Positions 58,765-64,000 of a stretch of 64,000 bases of DNA are shown piece by piece. Each line of letters starts with the position of its first letter. Position 1 is the first letter of the stretch. The notes under the pieces are model-generated. The model saw nothing but the letters and a program-made list of their open reading frames with translations, was not told the origin of the DNA and did not search any database. The position numbers and the translations under genes are program-made. Origin of the DNA: Paraspadella gotoi (taxonomy: Eukaryota > Animalia > Chaetognatha). The stretch spans positions 18,928,615 to 18,992,614 of the forward strand of contig CM119268.1 in NCBI GenBank assembly GCA_051294375.1, in the 5' to 3' direction.

Positions 58765-58841
58765 CCGTCTTCTCCTTGGTGACCCGCGGCGGCGACCCAG
58801 TGGCCTCCGTTGTGACCGTGAACGACTGGACTCTGATGCAT
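58765..58841 (-). CDS. His-rich secreted precursor, exon 3 (MHQSPVVHGHNGGHWVAAAGHQGED)
   Basis: gttcag acceptor; gg|gtacta donor; phase 0/2 exactly bridges exons 2 and 4. Confidence 0.72.
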
Positions 58842-59453
58842 CTGAACGTTTTTTACATTTTACATATTTTAAAAATAAAAAAAAATATTCTTTGTTCTGT
58901 ATGTTTTTGTTGTATGATTTCGTTTGAAGAATCGTTTTATTAACGGACAGTAGGATTTTTTTAACTTTTTACGGCTCAAGAAGTTGTCATTTGTAAAAAT
59001 CTAATTAAAAAATATTCTCAATAATAATGAACATTTCATTACTTTTTTGGAGGAAAGTCAACCTTTTTCAAATCGATCTTCTTTTTCACTCTTTTCTGAA
59101 GAACCGTGTGGATCATCATTTCTCTTCAAACATTCTTATATGCGCCCCGAGTACTCGCGGAGCAAATCAATAAGTCACTTTTCGGTCGGTCTTTCGGTCG
59201 GTTGGTCGGTCGGTCCTATCAGTTGGTTGCTCATTTGTTAAGACCAAAAAAACTCAAATCTAAGTGACTGATAGCGCCGCCTTCAGGAAATCCTAAAACT
59301 ATAAAGAATAAAAGATGATAATTCCGATGCAGTGCGTGTCGTAAATACACAGGCAAAGAAAGTCACTGCGGCGCAACACATTGGATGGACCGATCTTTTT
59401 TTTATTTACTTCTCTTTGTACCAAACCGCACGACTCCCCTCAGCCGCAATTAC

Positions 59454-59672
59454 CTCTCTGACAGGCTCCACCCTGAGCGGTTCATAATCCCAATCATGGC
59501 CGTGGTGGTGATCGAAGTGGTCGTAGTGGTCGTAGTGGTGTCCGTGGTCGAAGCCGTGATGGTCGTGGCCGTGGTGGTCGTGGCCGTGGTGGTAGTTGTG
59601 GTGGTGGAAAGAATGATCGTAGTCGGCGTAGCGTCGGACGCGAGTCGGGGAGGCCGTGTCGAAAGAGAGAGA
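59454..59672 (-). CDS. His-rich secreted precursor, exon 2 (SLSFDTASPTRVRR/YADYDHSFHHHNYHHGHDHHGHDHHGFDHGHHYDHYDHFDHHHGHDWDYEPLRVEPVRE)
   Basis: CT-rich tract + cttag acceptor; gag|gtaatt donor; 219 nt, phase 0/0; RVRR furin consensus. Confidence 0.82.
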
Positions 59673-60204
59673 CTAAGCGGAGAGAGAGGGGACGAGAGAT
59701 AGAGAGGGAGAGAGAGAGGAAGGGAGAGTATAGAGAGGGAGGGGAGAGAGAGGGAGAGAGAGAGAGGTAGAAGATAAAAAGGGAAGAGAAGGAGAAGAAG
59801 AGAGAGGGAGAGAAGAAGAGAGGAAGGGAGAGAAGAGAGAGGGAGAGGAGAAAGAGGGACAGGATAGAGAGGAGAGGAGAGAGAGTGAGAGGATAGAGAG
59901 GGAGAGAAGACAGAGGGAGATGATAGAGTGGGGAGGGGGAGAGAGAGGAGAGAAGAGAGAGGGAGAGGATAAAGAGGGAGAGGAAGGAGAGGAGAGAGAG
60001 GGAGAGAAGAGAGAGAAGGAGAGGAGAGAGAGGGAGAGGAAAAAGAGGGCAGAGAAAAGAGAAGGAAGGGAGAGGAGAGAGAGGGAGAGGAGAGAGAGGG
60101 ACAGGATAGACACCGAGAAAGTTGAATGATGTCAGATGTCTCTCTACCACAACAAACTTACCTCTCTTCGTCTCCAGCTTCTTCTCCATCAAATCTTTAC
60201 TCAC

Positions 60205-60339
60205 CTTTTCGTCAGTAGGCGTCTCTTCCGGTCGAAGGAGACGCAGTAGACGCGGGTCGTCGATGATGGCGCTGCTGTCGCAACCGACGACGACGACGAC
60301 GACGACGAAGACGAAGACGGAAAACGCGACCGAGTTCAT
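60205..60339 (-). CDS. His-rich secreted precursor, exon 1 with signal peptide (MNSVAFSVFVFVVVVVVVGCDSSAIIDDPRLLRLLRPEETPTDEK)
   Basis: acaATG start; hydrophobic h-region then small residues (GCDSSA); aag|gtgagt donor in phase 0. Confidence 0.82.
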
Positions 60340-60423
60340 TGTCTCTGGTTTCGATGTTGTTGTGGCGAGGAAACAAACTGCTTCGTGACGTGGTGTTTTA
60401 GTGGAATGACACAAGTAGTGAGT

Positions 60424-60500
<77 letters not shown>

Positions 60501-61674
60501 AAAAAACTCGGAGACACTTAAACTGTCGATAGAATAAACTGAAACGAGGCAAGAGACTCGAGGAGGAAATGGAAATTCCATTTTCCCCTTTTTCTATTTT
60601 TAGAACTTTATTTTAGTCAACAATCGAGTTGCATATTGTTATATAATATATATTTAAAAAAATAAAAAAATTTTCTTTTATTCAAGAAATATTTTTTTTA
60701 AATTTTGATTTAAATAAATTATTCTCGAACTTCCGAAAACGTTCTTATGAATTAAATTAAATTTAGTTATTCATACAAAACCAAATTGTAATTATGAATT
60801 ATCAGAAAGACGTTGCAGTTTCCGGGATGCAATCTGCGAGAAATATATTATAATATTAGATTCCGTAGGGCAAAACCAAAACAAATTCGATAAAGTTTTA
60901 AACCAGTAAAAAAAACGACATTAATCCAAAGCCGAAAATTTTTGACTAAAGAGAAAATTAAATAAAAATCTAGAGAAAAGTAAAAAGAATATTGGAACGA
61001 TATAAGCGGAATGTTCGCCGGCTTTGTCCTCGACTAAAAGTGTAGCGACGGGAAACATTAAGGATGACGTAGAAAGATCACCATCGCCAAACCCATTAGA
61101 CCTGATATCGAAGCTCTTTTTTCTGACTATTTTTTTCCTGCAATTGTTTCGAAAAAAAAAATGTTTTTTTCCGGAGTTGTATCCGAAGATTAACCCCACG
61201 TAACAAACTTGCTTAAAAATGTTTACATGTAACATAAATACTTAACGAATATCAAACTAATATTGTATTTCTTTTGGTATTATAAGGCGCAATCCGACGG
61301 CGAAAGTAGCAGCGGAAAAAGGTACCGGATTTTGGTAATTTTTTCTCATCTTGAAAGGCCAAACCCGAGGACATGATTAACACCCAAATCTGCCAAAGAT
61401 GAAGTTGGACAAACTTGAGGCGTTTCCAACGAGAAATCCATTTCAGATTCCATTCCTTCTTTACTTTCTTTTTCTTCTTTCTCCTTTTTTTATTCGATGA
61501 CCAAAATAATCGCTGATAAGCCTGTTTTACGATGATAGTGGAAGTGCTATTATAATTGCAAATTTAAAAAATAATCATTTAAAGTAGATGTTATATGATC
61601 CCTAGAACAGAAGCCTTTACTGTTACTGTTAAACTGTTTTAACTTTTAATTCATTTCTCTCTGTTTATTCGTAA

Positions 61675-61715
<41 letters not shown>

Positions 61716-61954
61716 TCTTTCTCTCTCTCTCTCATCTCTCTCTCTCTCGTGGTTTATTTTTATAATTTTCAAATTTCTTTAACAAATTCATATGTCGGCA
61801 ATTGATTTGCGTTTTTGCCTGTGATTGTTTTTTGAAAAATATCTTTAATTGCCCGATTTATTATTTAGGTAAAACCACATTCCTCTTTCTCTCATCTTCT
61901 CTCTCTCTCTCTCTTCTCTCCTTTCTCTCTCTCTCCTCTCTCTCTCTCTTCTCT

Positions 61955-62013
<59 letters not shown>

Positions 62014-62790
62014 GCACTTTCTTTTAAGACCTGCAATAAATCAATTTTCTCAAGATCTTTTCGCCATTTATTTTTTTATTTCTTAATCACCAAAATAATT
62101 TCGGCTGTCGTTTCTGTTTAATGATTTTCTGTATAAAAAAAATTTAATTATTTTTACTCTACCGGTTTAGATATAAATTTAAAATTATTTTATTTTGGTT
62201 GTCTATTTCATTGTACCTAGCAGTACCGAGTTCTTATTTTTCTAATTTTTCTGTTTAAATTATTATTTTATTTTATATCTTTCTTTGTCGATTATTCACG
62301 GTTTATCTTAGTCAAGTTTGTTTCCGCTTTTTCTTGATCTTGTTACGTCAGCGAAGGGATTGGACGGATAGATGGATCAGATGGATCATTGATCAAGCAG
62401 CTTGCAAATTACAATGACGTAAAGTTTTTTAATTTTTCCCTTTGGCCATTCTCATGGCGAAGCGGTCGATGCCCCCGAATTTTTTTTTCTCTCGGTATGA
62501 GAGTTTGCTACTGGTGAAATAAAAAAAAAACTTAAACATACCTGCATTTTTTTGTAGAAATTCACAAAAAAGCCGACTTCAACTCGCCACCTTCGTTGAA
62601 GGGGACGTGATAAACGTCGCTCGAATTCGACTCAAATCGTATTTATGTTTCACTTAAAAAAAGATAAAAAAAAAAAAANNNNNNNNNNNNNNNNNNNNNN
62701 NNNAGGAGAGATCAGGTTCTCAATTTCAAAATTTGGAACCCAACTTACTGAAGAGAGGCGACCCCAAGTAAGAAGCGATTTTCAAATAAA

Positions 62791-63186
62791 GACATCCTGC
62801 TCCCGTCAACACTCGGCCGGAGTTGAAGACTCATATTCCCCTTATTTGTACTCCTCTCACCGTCAACACTCGGGCGGGGAGTTGAAGACTCATATTCCCC
62901 CTTTGTTGACATCCCTCTCGGCCGTCAACACTCGCGCGGGTGTATTGAAAGACTCATATTCCCTGTGTACATCCTCTCCCGTCAACACTCTGGGGGCTGA
63001 GTTGACAGACTCATATCCCCTTTTGTGACATCCTCTTCACCCGTCACACTCGGCGGGAGAGTTGAAGACTCAATATTCCCCTTTGTGACATCCTCTCCTC
63101 AATCGGCGGGGGGAGTTAAGCCCAATCCCCTTGTGACATCCTCCGTCAACGGCGGGGAGTTGAAGACTCATAATCCCTTTTGTGAC
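62791..63186 (+). repeat. ~56-bp minisatellite, about 7 noisy copies; inverted copies at 63839-64000
   Basis: Consensus gacatcctctcccgtcaacactcggcggggagttgaagactcatattcccctttgt; the reverse complement ctccccgccgagtgttgacgg recurs at the window end. Confidence 0.9.
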
Positions 63187-64000
63187 ACACGTCCTCAATT
63201 AAAGAAATCCTGCGGTGAAACGAGTTTTGATATCGCATTTTCGTGTCGAGGGAAAAGAATCGTGGAGTAATGGGTGAAACGGAGTTCGGTCCGACGAATT
63301 ACACGGTCGATTCACGATTCACAATTTGTTTCTTATTGAAAATCGCTCTTACTTGGGGTCGCCTCTCTCAGTTGGGTCCAAAATTTTAATTGAGAACCTG
63401 CTCAAACAAAAATTATACATTTAAAAAAAGAGGAGAGATCTACTTCTGGTCGAAATAAAAAAAAAACTTAAACAATTGACCTGCCATATTTTTTGTAGAA
63501 CTTCACCAAACAAAGCCGACTTCAACTCGCCACTTCGTTGAAGGGGACGTGAAAACGGTCGCTCGAAATTCGACTCAAATCGTATTTTACTGTTTCTAAA
63601 AAAAAGATATATAAACAAAAAAAGCAACAAATTTTGATCCGTGAATCGACGTGAAATCGTCGGACGAACTCCCGTTTTCACACCATTCACTCCACGATTC
63701 TTATCCTCTAGCGTACGTATCAATATATCTCCTTTCGGGGCGATATCTATTAACTCGAGTACGAGCCACGTCGCCAGGGAAGTGCGAAATTGAGACAGGC
63801 CTGTGTCGCACCCCCCCCAATTTGAGTATCGAGGTCTCACTCCCCGCCGAGTGTTGACGGTAGAGGATGTCCGACAAAAAGGGGAATATGATCTTCACTC
63901 CCCGCCGAGTTTCTGACGGGAGAAGATGTCACAAAGAGGGAATATGAGTCCTTCCAACTCCCCGCCGAGTGGTTGACGGGAGAGGATGTCAAACAAAAGT

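Noticed and set aside
62791-64000. CRISPR-like appearance of the 56-bp array
   Set aside because: Head-to-tail units with no unique spacers, no cas genes, eukaryotic context

Overview
Eukaryotic, animal-like, AT-rich genomic DNA saturated with (GA)n/(CT)n microsatellites, with short GC/CpG-rich spliced exons and four N-gaps. Most ORF-track entries are microsatellite artefacts. By manual splice-phase matching I reconstruct: (1) a tetraspanin gene on + (exons 3072-6641) whose apparent TM1 exons lie on the opposite strand; (2) two exons of an orphan + gene (8127-9328); (3) an 8-exon + gene with a 12.6-kb giant exon encoding a ~4,636-aa disordered protein with nested 91-aa repeats (21699-45031); (4) a 7-exon - strand gene, whose His-rich frame is absent from the ORF track, encoding a ~318-aa secreted, furin-site-bearing precursor that is ~26% His (60339-49261), probably with a GC-AG intron. 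Also present: a 3.7-kb imperfect palindrome (probably an amplification/assembly fold-back), a TTAA-flanked Kolobok-like non-autonomous element, a hairpin MITE-like family, and 49-bp and ~56-bp minisatellites. Introns repeatedly show purine repeats after the donor and complementary pyrimidine repeats before the acceptor. All gene models are hand-made and lack transcript support.
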